Made by a program: the position numbers and the translations under genes. From the NCBI GenBank assembly GCA_028865725.1, contig JAGWJP010000002.1, forward strand, positions 168,050 to 232,049: a DNA stretch of 64,000 nt. Direction: 5' to 3'. The notes below the pieces were generated by a model. It had not been told where the DNA came from. It did not search any database and saw nothing but the letters and a program-made list of their open reading frames with translations. Shown piece after piece: positions 9,900 through 20,909 of this stretch (position 1 is its first letter; each line of letters starts with the position of its first letter). This DNA comes from Patescibacteria group bacterium. Its GTDB lineage: Bacteria > Patescibacteriota > Minisyncoccia > UBA6257 > JACRHW01.

Positions 9900-10607
9900 A
9901 TGCGAAGAGTCATTCTTCTTTGTTTTGCGTGGTATCTCATTGTTGGCGAACAACCCGCATACGCTCAAATATCCACCTGTACTGCAACACAAAAAGCCTA
10001 TCAGTGCACCTATCTCATTGGATCGGGATCAATGACGATAGGAAGTGCGTGGATAGTCGCTACCCCCAAAAAACAGGGTATTGTCGTTCTCACTGCTGCG
10101 CACTGGATCCCCAAGGAAGATCAGAGGGCCACACGCCCTGGCGCATTCTGGATTACCCACCCTGCATGGCCTCAGGGAACACGCGTCCCTTTGACCTTGC
10201 TCGACTATGATATTAGGGCCGACATTGCTCTGCTTATTTCACCACCGCGCTATCATCTTCCCGGCCTCTCTCTCGCAAACACACCGCTATATCATTACGA
10301 TCGCGTCGTCTTCATAAAAAACGGAGCACACATTCCCCCCCACACTCCAACGTTCGTATGGTTTCTCGGAACATCCACCATCCGCATGAGAGATCACAAA
10401 AATACCTACGAGCAGCGAAGAGACATCTTTCTCGCACATCCTGTTCCTTTCTGTTCCGGCGCCCCCATCCTCAATTCTCGCGGCCGCGTAGTCGCAATGA
10501 TGGTTGAACTTGAGTGGATGACTCACAATCATATCGTGACTAATTTTGGACTTGGGGTCACTCTTCGTGCCCTCAAAACATTCCTTTACACACATCGCAT
10601 ACATTAA
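9900..10607 (+). CDS. Secreted trypsin-like (S1 family) serine protease
   Basis: Signal peptide; TAAHWI (His), DIALLI (Asp) and CSGAPIL (Ser) triad-like motifs. Confidence 0.55.
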   Translation: MRRVILLCFAWYLIVGEQPAYAQISTCTATQKAYQCTYLIGSGSMTIGSAWIVATPKKQGIVVLTAAHWIPKEDQRATRPGAFWITHPAWPQGTRVPLTLLDYDIRADIALLISPPRYHLPGLSLANTPLYHYDRVVFIKNGAHIPPHTPTFVWFLGTSTIRMRDHKNTYEQRRDIFLAHPVPFCSGAPILNSRGRVVAMMVELEWMTHNHIVTNFGLGVTLRALKTFLYTHRIH

Positions 10608-10637
10608 TCAACACACTGAGCCTTCGCTCGGTTTTTT

Positions 10638-11114
10638 TTACTGCGTACGCATACAAAGGGCAAATACCGCGATACCAAATGCCACAGATACATTAAGCGA
10701 CTCCTTCTTCCCTCGCATAGGGATTTCGAGCATCATATCTGCGCGCATACGCACACTCTGCGATACGCCGCTCACCTCATTGCCCACAACAAGAGCACAC
10801 GGGCGTTGGGGATCGAGTGGCACATAATCAAACAACGAAATGCTCCTCTTCCCCTGCTCGAGGACGATCACGGAAATACCGTCCTTTTGAAGACGCGCGA
10901 CAAGACGCGCAATATTTGGTACATGCTCCCACGGCACAAACTCCTCTGCACCAAGTGAGACCTTGATAAATCGCGGATCAGGATTTTGAAAGCGATCGAC
11001 AGGAAGCGGTGTGATGCCGCAGCAATAGATTTTTTCTACCCCTGCGGCATCAGCCGTCCGAAAGATCGAACCTACATTATGAATACTGCGAATATTATCG
11101 AGAATAACGATCAT
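10638..11114 (-). CDS. trmL: SpoU-family RNA 2'-O-methyltransferase, TrmL-like
   Basis: 158 aa; MIVILDNIRSIHNVGSIFRTADAAGV SpoU/TrmH fold motifs; size matches TrmL. Confidence 0.65.
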   Translation of the reverse strand: MIVILDNIRSIHNVGSIFRTADAAGVEKIYCCGITPLPVDRFQNPDPRFIKVSLGAEEFVPWEHVPNIARLVARLQKDGISVIVLEQGKRSISLFDYVPLDPQRPCALVVGNEVSGVSQSVRMRADMMLEIPMRGKKESLNVSVAFGIAVFALCMRTQ

Positions 11115-12604
11115 TAAAGTATGAGAGTCGCTTTTTCTTCGTCGGAGAGGGTATAGTAGGGAATAAGCACTTTCTCAAGAATTTCTAGCTTTTCTTCTCG
11201 AGAGAGAAACTGATCAGGGCCCCGACTTGGTTTCCCTGCGCGAAGCCACTTATTATAACTCTCAAAAAATTTAACAAACGGAAGAGAAATGAGCACAATG
11301 TCCGCAACGGGTCTTTTGATAAGTGCACTATATGTTTCGCTGCCCAGTCTCTTGCGCCCCTTATTTGTTCGTCTTTCTTTATGAGAAAGGAACCTACCTG
11401 TTACGAGCGTAAGCTGAACGCCTATTCTTCGTTTTGTTGTTATGTACTCCTCTCGCGGCATGTCATCTCCTTCGATCGCGATGCCTCGTGGTGTGATATT
11501 CACAAGAACGCGAAAATCATACTTCAATTGAGCATCTTCAAAAATATTTGCTCCCTCGAAACGAAAAAGAAGCTGCGGATTGTTATGTTGAATACGAGTC
11601 AAGAAACTTCGCACCATATATTCAGCCAAAAGACCTTCTTTATCTCTTGTCTGCTCTAAACATTCCAAATCTTTAGCTAAAAATTGATAACCCATGGTAA
11701 ACAAATTTAATCGAGAAAACGTAGCGTTAAGCTCTTCATCAAAATTACGCTCAAGCTTGCGCCGTGCTTCGGTAATATCGGAAAGCTTCCGAACCTTCCT
11801 CCACACGCTCCGTGGCACCGAACGGTCTGGCGCATACTGAATACCCCACTCATAGTCGGCAACAATATCACCCCATGCAATAGTATGGCGTCCCGCTTCA
11901 TCCAAGACAAACAATCTATTCGTATTGTCATCATACCGCACAATCTTCCTATCCAACTGTTCATCTGCCGGATAATCTTTATGAGCATCGATATCCTGTA
12001 AACGTGTTTTGAGTTCCTTCTTGATGACTTCACGTTCATGTAATACAAGACTCATGGAGGGCACGGCAGCAGGAGATTTTTTTACATGTTCCATTTGAAC
12101 AGATCCTTCTGATACATGTTTTTTCTGTTGTCTTTTCCTCGCTTTTTTTCGCAATCTTTTTTCATGCCGCGTAAGATCTTCCCGCGACAAACTACTCCTA
12201 TACTCTTCTTCCCATTGCGGACGCAAGATTCTGCGAATTTCGTTCGTCAGACCTGCAAAACGAGTCACGTCTTTCTTTCGTCCTTTATACTCAAAAAGCC
12301 GTTGCCATATCTCACGGGCTTCCGGACCAAGAAGATCCTGATGATCAGCAAACCACTCGATCACAAAACGATAAAAAGGCCTCCTTGGACTTGTTTCAAC
12401 TTTTTTTTCTACTAAATCTTCTTTGGACTTTTCAGCTTCTTCTGCCACGATTTCATCAAATCGATGGCTCAATACCAGCGTGCGCTCAAGCAACTCCTCT
12501 TCGCGATGAAGAATAGGGTCCGTATCGCGCAAAAGCCCGAATTCGCCTTCCTGTGTCTCGGCTTTTTTTGATTGTCCAGTTTTTTCTCTCGGCAATATTT
12601 CCAT
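11114..12604 (-). CDS. Large hypothetical protein (496 aa), translationally coupled to the trmL-like gene
   Basis: Stop overlaps the trmL-like ATG (TAATG arrangement); charged N-terminal half; no recognisable domain. Confidence 0.5.
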   Translation of the reverse strand: MEILPREKTGQSKKAETQEGEFGLLRDTDPILHREEELLERTLVLSHRFDEIVAEEAEKSKEDLVEKKVETSPRRPFYRFVIEWFADHQDLLGPEAREIWQRLFEYKGRKKDVTRFAGLTNEIRRILRPQWEEEYRSSLSREDLTRHEKRLRKKARKRQQKKHVSEGSVQMEHVKKSPAAVPSMSLVLHEREVIKKELKTRLQDIDAHKDYPADEQLDRKIVRYDDNTNRLFVLDEAGRHTIAWGDIVADYEWGIQYAPDRSVPRSVWRKVRKLSDITEARRKLERNFDEELNATFSRLNLFTMGYQFLAKDLECLEQTRDKEGLLAEYMVRSFLTRIQHNNPQLLFRFEGANIFEDAQLKYDFRVLVNITPRGIAIEGDDMPREEYITTKRRIGVQLTLVTGRFLSHKERRTNKGRKRLGSETYSALIKRPVADIVLISLPFVKFFESYNKWLRAGKPSRGPDQFLSREEKLEILEKVLIPYYTLSDEEKATLIL

Positions 12605-12737
12605 ATCCCCATTGTACTTGCTTCATCCAAAAAGAAAAGAAGCTACTGCAATCGCAGTCATACGAGAACACTTGCCTCTGCACAGAACATGGGGTACGCT
12701 CATACGGGCAGTCGAACGATAAAGGAAGTGTCGAAAT

Positions 12738-13220
12738 GGGATTTTGGATCCACTTTTTTATCTTCTTCATCATAAAACTCTACGTGGTTCTCTGGTGTTT
12801 CATCGCGCTCCACGAACTTGGCCATGTCATTGCGGCATGGATGATGGGCCTCACTGTTGATACCCTTATCATAGGACGGGAATAGGTATTACGCTTCATG
12901 CGATTCCCCTCATGCCTATCTCCACCATACGCCTTCGTGCGCTTCCGCTTGATGGATATATGCACCATGAATACACGTCTTCTGCAAAAAAGGGTGCCTT
13001 TGTCGCAGCAGGAGGGATCCTCCTCACTTCCCTTATTACGCTTCTTCTTATCGCGATTCATCCTATCAATTTCGATATCATGTTTTGCGAAAATAGCCTC
13101 CGTGCCTACATGATGTGCGGCATATATCTAGGAATTCCGCTTAGCGTGCTCAATGGAATACCTCATGATGACAACGATGCCACAAAAATAGTTCGATTTC
13201 TAGGAAATTCAAAAATCTAA
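12738..13220 (+). pseudogene. Small M50 (site-2 protease/RseP-like) zinc metalloprotease, apparently frameshifted
   Basis: HELGH(VIAAW) zinc motif in frame 1 (ORF ending 12885), then the RseP-like ...IPL(D)GY... segment continues in another frame (ORF 12912..13220). One apparent +1 frameshift near 12875-12890. Confidence 0.4.
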
Positions 13221-13286
13221 TATCCACGAACATAATTCGTGGAATTTTTTTATATAAAAAAGCGCGACATCTGCCGCGCGTTGTTG

Positions 13287-14075
13287 TTATCTTTGTTTGA
13301 AAAACTCTTGAATTTCGGAGATCGGACGCCATACCACGAAATGCTTAAAATCTTCTTCACAAAGAGGTTTGAGAAGACGAGGTTCATTCTCTTTCCACAC
13401 ATCCCCTATCTCATGGGGTTGAACACGATAAGTAAAAAGATCATAGTGGGCGAGAAGCACGCGATATCCCTGTTTACCCGGACGAGATCTGTCTGTTTGC
13501 TCGTGGTATCCGCATAACGCACAGCTTCGTTCTCCCAAATAAGCATCTCCATGACCGTCTACAAAATAATATTCAAGGCCATATCCCACGATCCACCGAT
13601 GATCACAAATTTCTTGCAACACCTTGATCAAACTCTCCCGCCGGGCAAGCATTTCATTGCGCTGTCGAATCGTAATATCGAGCGACTCACTGTCTTCAGT
13701 AAGCTCCACGATTGTAGCGCGAAATCTCTCTACCTCTTCAGGGAATGGTTCGGACAAAAGCATCTTCCACTTTAGGTCATGGAGTTTTTTTGCACATGCT
13801 TGTAACTTTGGGTCTAGCGCTGCCTCGTCTGCGGTGCGAAGTTCTTTAAGCTTTTCCACCCGCTCCATTTCATAACGACGCTTCTCGCGTAACAGGGTTT
13901 CCGCAGACCTGTTCACTTCTAAAAACTCCTCCCATTCTCCCTCAAATTCAACACGTTCACGACAGCCGCTCTCATCATCCGCACTTCGACTTTCTTTCAT
14001 AATGATTCTTCTCCCTTCCGGCGATTCAGCCTGCTCACGGCAGGAGCAAAACATCGCCTCTTTTTCAAAGAACAC
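13287..14075 (-). CDS. Hypothetical protein, paralog of 14140..14844 (coiled-coil N-term, Cys/His C-term)
   Basis: Shares C-x-HR-x-[IV]-GY...G-DAY-x-G-x-R-x-C-x-x-CG and the C-terminal WRP-x-SE-x-x-EFF motif with its neighbour. Confidence 0.5.
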   Translation of the reverse strand: MFFEKEAMFCSCREQAESPEGRRIIMKESRSADDESGCRERVEFEGEWEEFLEVNRSAETLLREKRRYEMERVEKLKELRTADEAALDPKLQACAKKLHDLKWKMLLSEPFPEEVERFRATIVELTEDSESLDITIRQRNEMLARRESLIKVLQEICDHRWIVGYGLEYYFVDGHGDAYLGERSCALCGYHEQTDRSRPGKQGYRVLLAHYDLFTYRVQPHEIGDVWKENEPRLLKPLCEEDFKHFVVWRPISEIQEFFKQR

Positions 14076-14139
14076 TTATAATTAACCACGTTATAAAAGA
14101 AAAAGCAATACGCCGGAGGATACCAGCGTATAAGAGAAT

Positions 14140-14844
14140 CTACATACCATAGAAATGCAGAGGGCCACGAAAAAACTCCCGGAGTTCGGAAAGAGGACGC
14201 CATATATCAAATTTGGAAAATTCCTTTCGATCCATACCCAAATACAATCGCTCGCACCCCTTATATTCTACAAGAACATCTGTATTTGTTTTGTCTGCAT
14301 ACTGCATATACGAAGGCGCGCTGCTCTGAAAACTAAACAATTGAGAGGGGCTTGCAAGAACCTCATAATAAGGCGTCTGATTTTGATCACGCGTATGCTT
14401 TTCTTTCTCTTCGAGGCCGCACACTACGCATGTGCGATTTCCCGAATATGCGTCATCATAATCCATCTCATGCGATCCACTATATCCAGAATACCCTATG
14501 ACAAGCCGATGAGCACACATTCTCTGCAGATGCGCTTCAAGTTCCCTCCTCTTCGTTGATACTTCTTTCAATGATTTTACCGTTTCGTCCTGAGACTCTT
14601 CCCGACGCCGGAGCGCAAGAATCTCCCCGCGCAGCGTGACAAGTTTAAAAGGAAATTCACGATAAAGGACAAGCATACGCTTTGTCTCATTTGCCTGACG
14701 CACCAATACCTCAATCCGTTCATCAATTTCTTTTTCCTTTGCGTGAAGCACCGACACTTTTCTGTGAATCCCTGGTTTTTGTTTGAGAAGTATTGCTATT
14801 TCCTTAACCAGCCCAGCAAGCATCTCCTTCGCCGTATCGCTCAT
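14140..14844 (-). CDS. Hypothetical protein, paralog of 13287..14075
   Basis: Same conserved Cys/His block (MCAHRLVIGY...DAYSGNRTCVVCG) and C-terminal FDIWRPLSELREFF. Confidence 0.5.
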   Translation of the reverse strand: MSDTAKEMLAGLVKEIAILLKQKPGIHRKVSVLHAKEKEIDERIEVLVRQANETKRMLVLYREFPFKLVTLRGEILALRRREESQDETVKSLKEVSTKRRELEAHLQRMCAHRLVIGYSGYSGSHEMDYDDAYSGNRTCVVCGLEEKEKHTRDQNQTPYYEVLASPSQLFSFQSSAPSYMQYADKTNTDVLVEYKGCERLYLGMDRKEFSKFDIWRPLSELREFFRGPLHFYGM

Positions 14845-14916
14845 AGCATCTCCTTCGCTTATTCAAAGACCCGTGCATACTATATCACTGCTATTTAAAA
14901 ACACAAGATACTTCTA

Positions 14917-16863
14917 TTATTCCGTTGCGCTTTTAGTGTTTTGCGGAAGCGGCGTTGTGCGTGGCGTAAAATCGGTATCGCTATCGGTATCGCTATCGGT
15001 ATCGCAGCTATTTCCTCCATTCTCTGCGTCCCCGACGGCGGCAACGCATGCGCCATCCACCACTGTGTTGCGTTCAAGCGATTGTCCTGCAGTACTTGTG
15101 CTCACTGAGAAGCCGTAGTTCATCTCATCAATTTCCGTACCGCCCGCATCACGCAGGAGAATTTTTTCATTCTCTCCGTTCGGAAGCGACGCGATGCGAT
15201 GAACATCTGCAGCAACATCATTAAAATTTGCGGCATCATAATTATTCAGCCCCACAAGGAAAAATCCATGTGCTGCAATGGCGGTAGTATCCGACGCGCT
15301 ACTGCCAAAACGTGCCAAAAGTTCAGTAGACGTCGCATCGGTCTTTAAAAGATTAAGAGACCAGCTCCCCATGTCCACATCACTCTCTGTGGGATTATAA
15401 AACTCCACAAACTCCTTCCCCGCGTCGCTCCCTACGGCATCAAATGCTATCTCGCTTATCACCACATGATCAGCCGGTATTATCAAGGAAGAGGATGAAG
15501 CACTCTGTTCCTCTGTCGAAGATGCAGCAAAGACCAAATCAGCTCCGGAAGACGTAGAAGAACTCCCACTTACCACGTCGCTTGATGTCGCACTATCAAT
15601 ATCTGGTGTAGAAGATGCGATGGCGTCCGTACTTGTTGCATCGATTGCATCGGTCGAGCTTGCTTCAGAAATCGTCTCGTCGGTTGATGTCGCATCAGCC
15701 TGCCCTGCAATAACTGAATCACTTTGCAGGGTCGAACTCGCCGTCGTATCAATATCAAGAGTAGAAGATGCATCGGCGGTATCATCAGTTGACGAGGCAA
15801 TCACCGCAATCCTCAGTGAGTTTTCCCGAGCCGGCGTCCCCCATACTCCACTCACCGGATCGGCATCATTGGTATACAATGCAAATGTATCATCATCCTT
15901 CAGCTCCATGCTCCCGCGATTCGGATTGCTCGCGATTGAGGGAAAATCCTGCATGGTATCCACCCCATCGACAAGCGTACAAGCCGCATCAAAAAGCTGT
16001 ATCGTCTCCGCACTGTTATTCAATGCTCCGGTATAGATCTTGTCTGCAGGTATGTTCGGTACGCTCATATCATCAGTCCGCTCTAGGAGATAATACCCAT
16101 TGCCAGAAATAGCATCGGCAGCACCGAACACAATCGTAATGTCGGATTTTCCGCCATGCGCAAGAAGTTGCCATCCCGTGAGCGATACGGAAGAAGAGCT
16201 TGTGTTTTTTAACTCTATCCACTCATCTGCAGTGCTCTTCGCCGTACCCATCCATGCAATTTCGTTGATACGAACAGCATGAGACGGTACCGTGGTAGTA
16301 GACGCCGTACAATGCACGATTACATCGTTATGTTGAATAATACCGCCCGCCAATACGTTCGCGGTATTGGAAACATTAGGAAACGACACAATTACGGAAG
16401 GGATCGTGTCTTCATTTTCTGGGGAACTCGAACCAGCACCGATCGCGAGTGCCGCAACAGGAGAGGTGGAAGAAGGAGCGCGAGTAATTGTTTCCTTAAA
16501 TGCGCCTCCCTCATACTCGCTAAATTCAGTGGGATTACTCTCTTCAAATGTAACGACAGCTGGCGCAGTAACGGCAGTCTGTACTTCTGATTTTGCTTCA
16601 GAAGATAGAGGCTCAGTACTAGTAGCACTCTCCCCTTCATTACTTACCACACTCAGTGCGGCGAGATTGTGGGAGGCGACGTGCAAAGAATGTTGAGCTA
16701 AAAAAATAAGCGCCATACATGCGCCAATTCCCAAAATTACAACCCAACTCTTAAATACTACGTTCATAATCACCAAAATAAAAAATGTAACGCGCGAGAT
16801 GAAATGCGCGACGCACAAGCCATGTGCGAAACGAACTGTATATACAATACAGTGAGTGAGCAC
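14917..16863 (-). CDS. Secreted or surface protein with two lamin-tail domains (LTD), S/T-rich linkers and a D-[TS] repeat tail
   Basis: Two LTD signatures: RINEIAWMGT..DEWIELKNTSSSSVSLTGWQL and VISEIAFDAVGSDAGKEFVEFYNPTESDVDMGSWSL. N-terminal hydrophobic anchor (possible start at 16767, MNVVFKSW...); C-terminal DTDSDTDSDTD. Confidence 0.7.
   Translation of the reverse strand: MLTHCIVYTVRFAHGLCVAHFISRVTFFILVIMNVVFKSWVVILGIGACMALIFLAQHSLHVASHNLAALSVVSNEGESATSTEPLSSEAKSEVQTAVTAPAVVTFEESNPTEFSEYEGGAFKETITRAPSSTSPVAALAIGAGSSSPENEDTIPSVIVSFPNVSNTANVLAGGIIQHNDVIVHCTASTTTVPSHAVRINEIAWMGTAKSTADEWIELKNTSSSSVSLTGWQLLAHGGKSDITIVFGAADAISGNGYYLLERTDDMSVPNIPADKIYTGALNNSAETIQLFDAACTLVDGVDTMQDFPSIASNPNRGSMELKDDDTFALYTNDADPVSGVWGTPARENSLRIAVIASSTDDTADASSTLDIDTTASSTLQSDSVIAGQADATSTDETISEASSTDAIDATSTDAIASSTPDIDSATSSDVVSGSSSTSSGADLVFAASSTEEQSASSSSLIIPADHVVISEIAFDAVGSDAGKEFVEFYNPTESDVDMGSWSLNLLKTDATSTELLARFGSSASDTTAIAAHGFFLVGLNNYDAANFNDVAADVHRIASLPNGENEKILLRDAGGTEIDEMNYGFSVSTSTAGQSLERNTVVDGACVAAVGDAENGGNSCDTDSDTDSDTDFTPRTTPLPQNTKSATE
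14975..15010. repeat. 12-nt tandem repeat (GATACCGATAGC-like, 3 copies) encoding the DTDS repeats
   Basis: atcggtatcgct repeated three times, seen directly in the sequence. Confidence 0.5.
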
Positions 16864-17044
16864 ATGCGTGGTGCAACAAAGCAGTTCGCTCGCGCGTTAC
16901 GTTTTTTCAGTTGCTTTTCTCATCACCCTGGGGTCGAAACATCTGGTTCCTCGACCAATACCATCTCCGATACATACCGGAGTATCGCCTACTAGGATTG
17001 TCTTCTTCATAGGATGAATAAGAACAAACGTATTCTAGTTAAAA

Positions 17045-18752
<1,708 letters not shown>

Positions 18753-18917
18753 AAAGACATACGCGGGGCTAACCGCATATGTTTTGTATCACAGGGTGAT
18801 AAGAAAAATAACTGATGAATCATCCTCGCGCCGTTCCTTGCTAAGAACGTGCGAGGTATGCATTTTTCAATGAACTTTCGAGTAAAATAAATAGCCTCTT
18901 TGATGAGGCTATTGATG

Positions 18918-18945
18918 AGTATAGACGATGAATATAATATGTCAA
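18918..18945 (-). promoter_or_regulatory. Candidate sigma70-type promoter for the 16S rRNA gene
   Basis: On the minus strand TTGACA-N16-TATACT, about 160 nt upstream of the mature 16S 5' end. Confidence 0.35.
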
Positions 18946-18993
18946 GAGGCTTGATTTACCACACCATCTGTAGCTGAAGGATGAGACCAGGCA

Positions 18994-19704
18994 TTAATCA
19001 ACCTCATCGCATCGTACCTTCTTTTTGCGCCTCTCGCGAGAACATGAGGGCGTTTCGCAGGGTATGTTTCGACTCACAAGAAAATCAATAAAATTAAAAT
19101 CGGGTGGAACACAACAACGAAGAATCAATGTATCTCCTTCGATAAAATTGCTGGGAAAAAGCGTAGGAACAGGATCGTTGATATACTTACCGAAAAGTGT
19201 CACAAGACCGTCAAAGCTCAGATGCGATACGTGAAGACGATATCCAGAAATGCCCGATGTATGATCATGGACATTTCCATCTCGCATTACGAACAGCTCT
19301 CCTCCTTCAAACTCATGGTACGCATGCAGGCAAGGAAAGAATACATCACCGCTCTTGAACAACAACCGTTCCGCATCCCTGGTGACATCTATTTTAATTT
19401 CCCGGGGAGGAAATCGACACCGTGATATCCACGAGCGCATGAAAAGCGATGGTTCTTGGTACGATTTACCAGACGTGACATCACCAAGGAGATGCACTAT
19501 ACTCACAATTCCGTTTACACAATACAATGCATCTACTGCAATAATTTGATACTCATGAACATAAAACAATAAGAATGTGTTCAATGCAGGAAGCGTCACA
19601 TGCGTGTCAGAAAAATACCCTTTATATCCACGAAATTCCACATCAATTCCATTGCCTCGCACAGTAAATGTATGATCATGCATTCCTCCAAGATATAGTT
19701 CCAT
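18994..19704 (-). CDS. Putative calcineurin-like metallophosphoesterase
   Basis: Motifs resembling the GD / GNHD/E / H boxes (LLGDVTSGKS, GNVHDH, MHDH); the family assignment is tentative. Confidence 0.4.
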   Translation of the reverse strand: MELYLGGMHDHTFTVRGNGIDVEFRGYKGYFSDTHVTLPALNTFLLFYVHEYQIIAVDALYCVNGIVSIVHLLGDVTSGKSYQEPSLFMRSWISRCRFPPREIKIDVTRDAERLLFKSGDVFFPCLHAYHEFEGGELFVMRDGNVHDHTSGISGYRLHVSHLSFDGLVTLFGKYINDPVPTLFPSNFIEGDTLILRCCVPPDFNFIDFLVSRNIPCETPSCSRERRKKKVRCDEVD

Positions 19705-19895
19705 TTTCCGAGTCTCCTTATATCAAGAGAACTGATTTAGTCTTATTCCGCCTACGTCATCCTGTCAACAAATCTTCAACAACAAAAAACGAATATAAAA
19801 AATAGGGGGCTACCAGTGGACTCTCCTTGAAATGTCTGTCGGCACTCTGGTGAGAACATGACGTCGGGATACCCGGAATTAAAACGGGACCACAC

Positions 19896-19937
19896 AAATT
19901 TTTGCAAAAATTTCCTCGGAATACTGACTAGTATTCC
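19896..19937 (-). terminator. Hairpin plus T-run downstream of tRNA-Pro
   Basis: GGAATACT-gact-AGTATTCC hairpin (19918-19937), followed on the minus strand by a TTTTT run. Confidence 0.35.
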
Positions 19938-19959
19938 GGTTAACAACTTTGTCGGGTCG

Positions 19960-20034
19960 CCGGGAGTCGAACCCGGTCCGCACGCACCCGAAGCGTGTAT
20001 ACTACCGCCATACTCCGACCCGACAAAATTGTTA
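19960..20034 (-). tRNA. tRNA-Pro (anticodon CGG), non-canonical spacing
   Basis: T arm CCGGG-TTCGACT-CCCGG; anticodon arm CACGC-TTCGGGT-GCGTG with anticodon CGG and G37. The 5'/3' ends can pair over 9 bp (GTCGGGTCG/CGACCCGAC), leaving 2 extra nt relative to a standard cloverleaf. Confidence 0.6.
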
Positions 20035-20124
20035 ACCCCAAAACGTGTATACCCCGCCCGAACGTACCGTTCGGTACAGGCGGGTACCGGTGTACTATGA
20101 CCCGTGATTCTTTGTTTTTGCAGC

Positions 20125-20907
20125 TTACTCTTTAAATCGCCCTTTATCAAATAAATCTTTCATGGCGTGGCGCAATACAGTTTCTAATTCTTCCTCGCTT
20201 ATCCCTTCTTCTTTAAGAATCCTCCTATATTCAAACTCATCATCATACCGATAATCCAAAAGGGCTCCATACATAAGATTTCTCAACTCATCTTTGTGGA
20301 ATAGTGAAAAAAGATCAATGCGGTATTCATCTCGAAGTCGCTTCATAGCTTTTAGTGCCGAAGCCGAAGCATCACGCTCTAAAAAAGAGAGAGTCTGCAT
20401 AATGGATATCGTACTCTCTCGATTCGCTTCCTTTTTTAAAGAATCTAAAAGCTCGCTAAGTAAAGCGCTGTCTTTTTCTTTCTGAAATGTGTGTCCCGCT
20501 TCGTGAAAGAAGGCAAAAAAATCGTGCGGACTCCGAATATCCCCGATTAATAGAAAGTCTAAAGACCAGGCAACATGCCATGATCCTATATCATCCCGAT
20601 CACGGAAAAGAATTTTTTCATGCTCCGGTTGCTTAAAAAAAGACGGGGTCACGAGACGAAATCCAGGTGCGACAAAATCAGCGAGGTCTTTCTTAAACCC
20701 ATATTGTTCAACTGTAATAATCGCCTCTCCATTTTTTTCCTGGGCATCCAGCACTAATCCACCCGGCAATTCTTCGTGATAATGAAGCGGGATGTTACCT
20801 TTTCTGTATTCCGAACGCGGTGTAAAAATCTTGCGTACCGCATTACGCATTTCTATTTCTTTCGTGGATGCGTGCTTATGAAAATAATCTCTAGCTGCTT
20901 CGTTCAT
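20125..20907 (-). CDS. Hypothetical protein with an HExxH motif (putative zinc metallopeptidase-like)
   Basis: FFHEAGHTF motif; no other family signature recognised. Confidence 0.45.
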   Translation of the reverse strand: MNEAARDYFHKHASTKEIEMRNAVRKIFTPRSEYRKGNIPLHYHEELPGGLVLDAQEKNGEAIITVEQYGFKKDLADFVAPGFRLVTPSFFKQPEHEKILFRDRDDIGSWHVAWSLDFLLIGDIRSPHDFFAFFHEAGHTFQKEKDSALLSELLDSLKKEANRESTISIMQTLSFLERDASASALKAMKRLRDEYRIDLFSLFHKDELRNLMYGALLDYRYDDEFEYRRILKEEGISEEELETVLRHAMKDLFDKGRFKE

Positions 20908-20909
20908 AC

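Noticed and set aside
14975-15010. Possible CRISPR-like short repeat
   Set aside because: It is a 12-nt in-frame coding repeat (DTDS) inside the LTD protein gene with no spacers; no CRISPR array or cas genes anywhere in the window.
18889-18906. Hairpin AGCCTC-tttgat-GAGGCT just downstream of the putative rRNA promoter
   Set aside because: It could be a leader antitermination or processing stem, but a short inverted repeat alone is insufficient; it is not reported as a feature.
19776-20150. ORFs 19776..20150(-) and 19858..20100(+)
   Set aside because: They overlap tRNA-Pro and its flanking hairpins; no coding signal.
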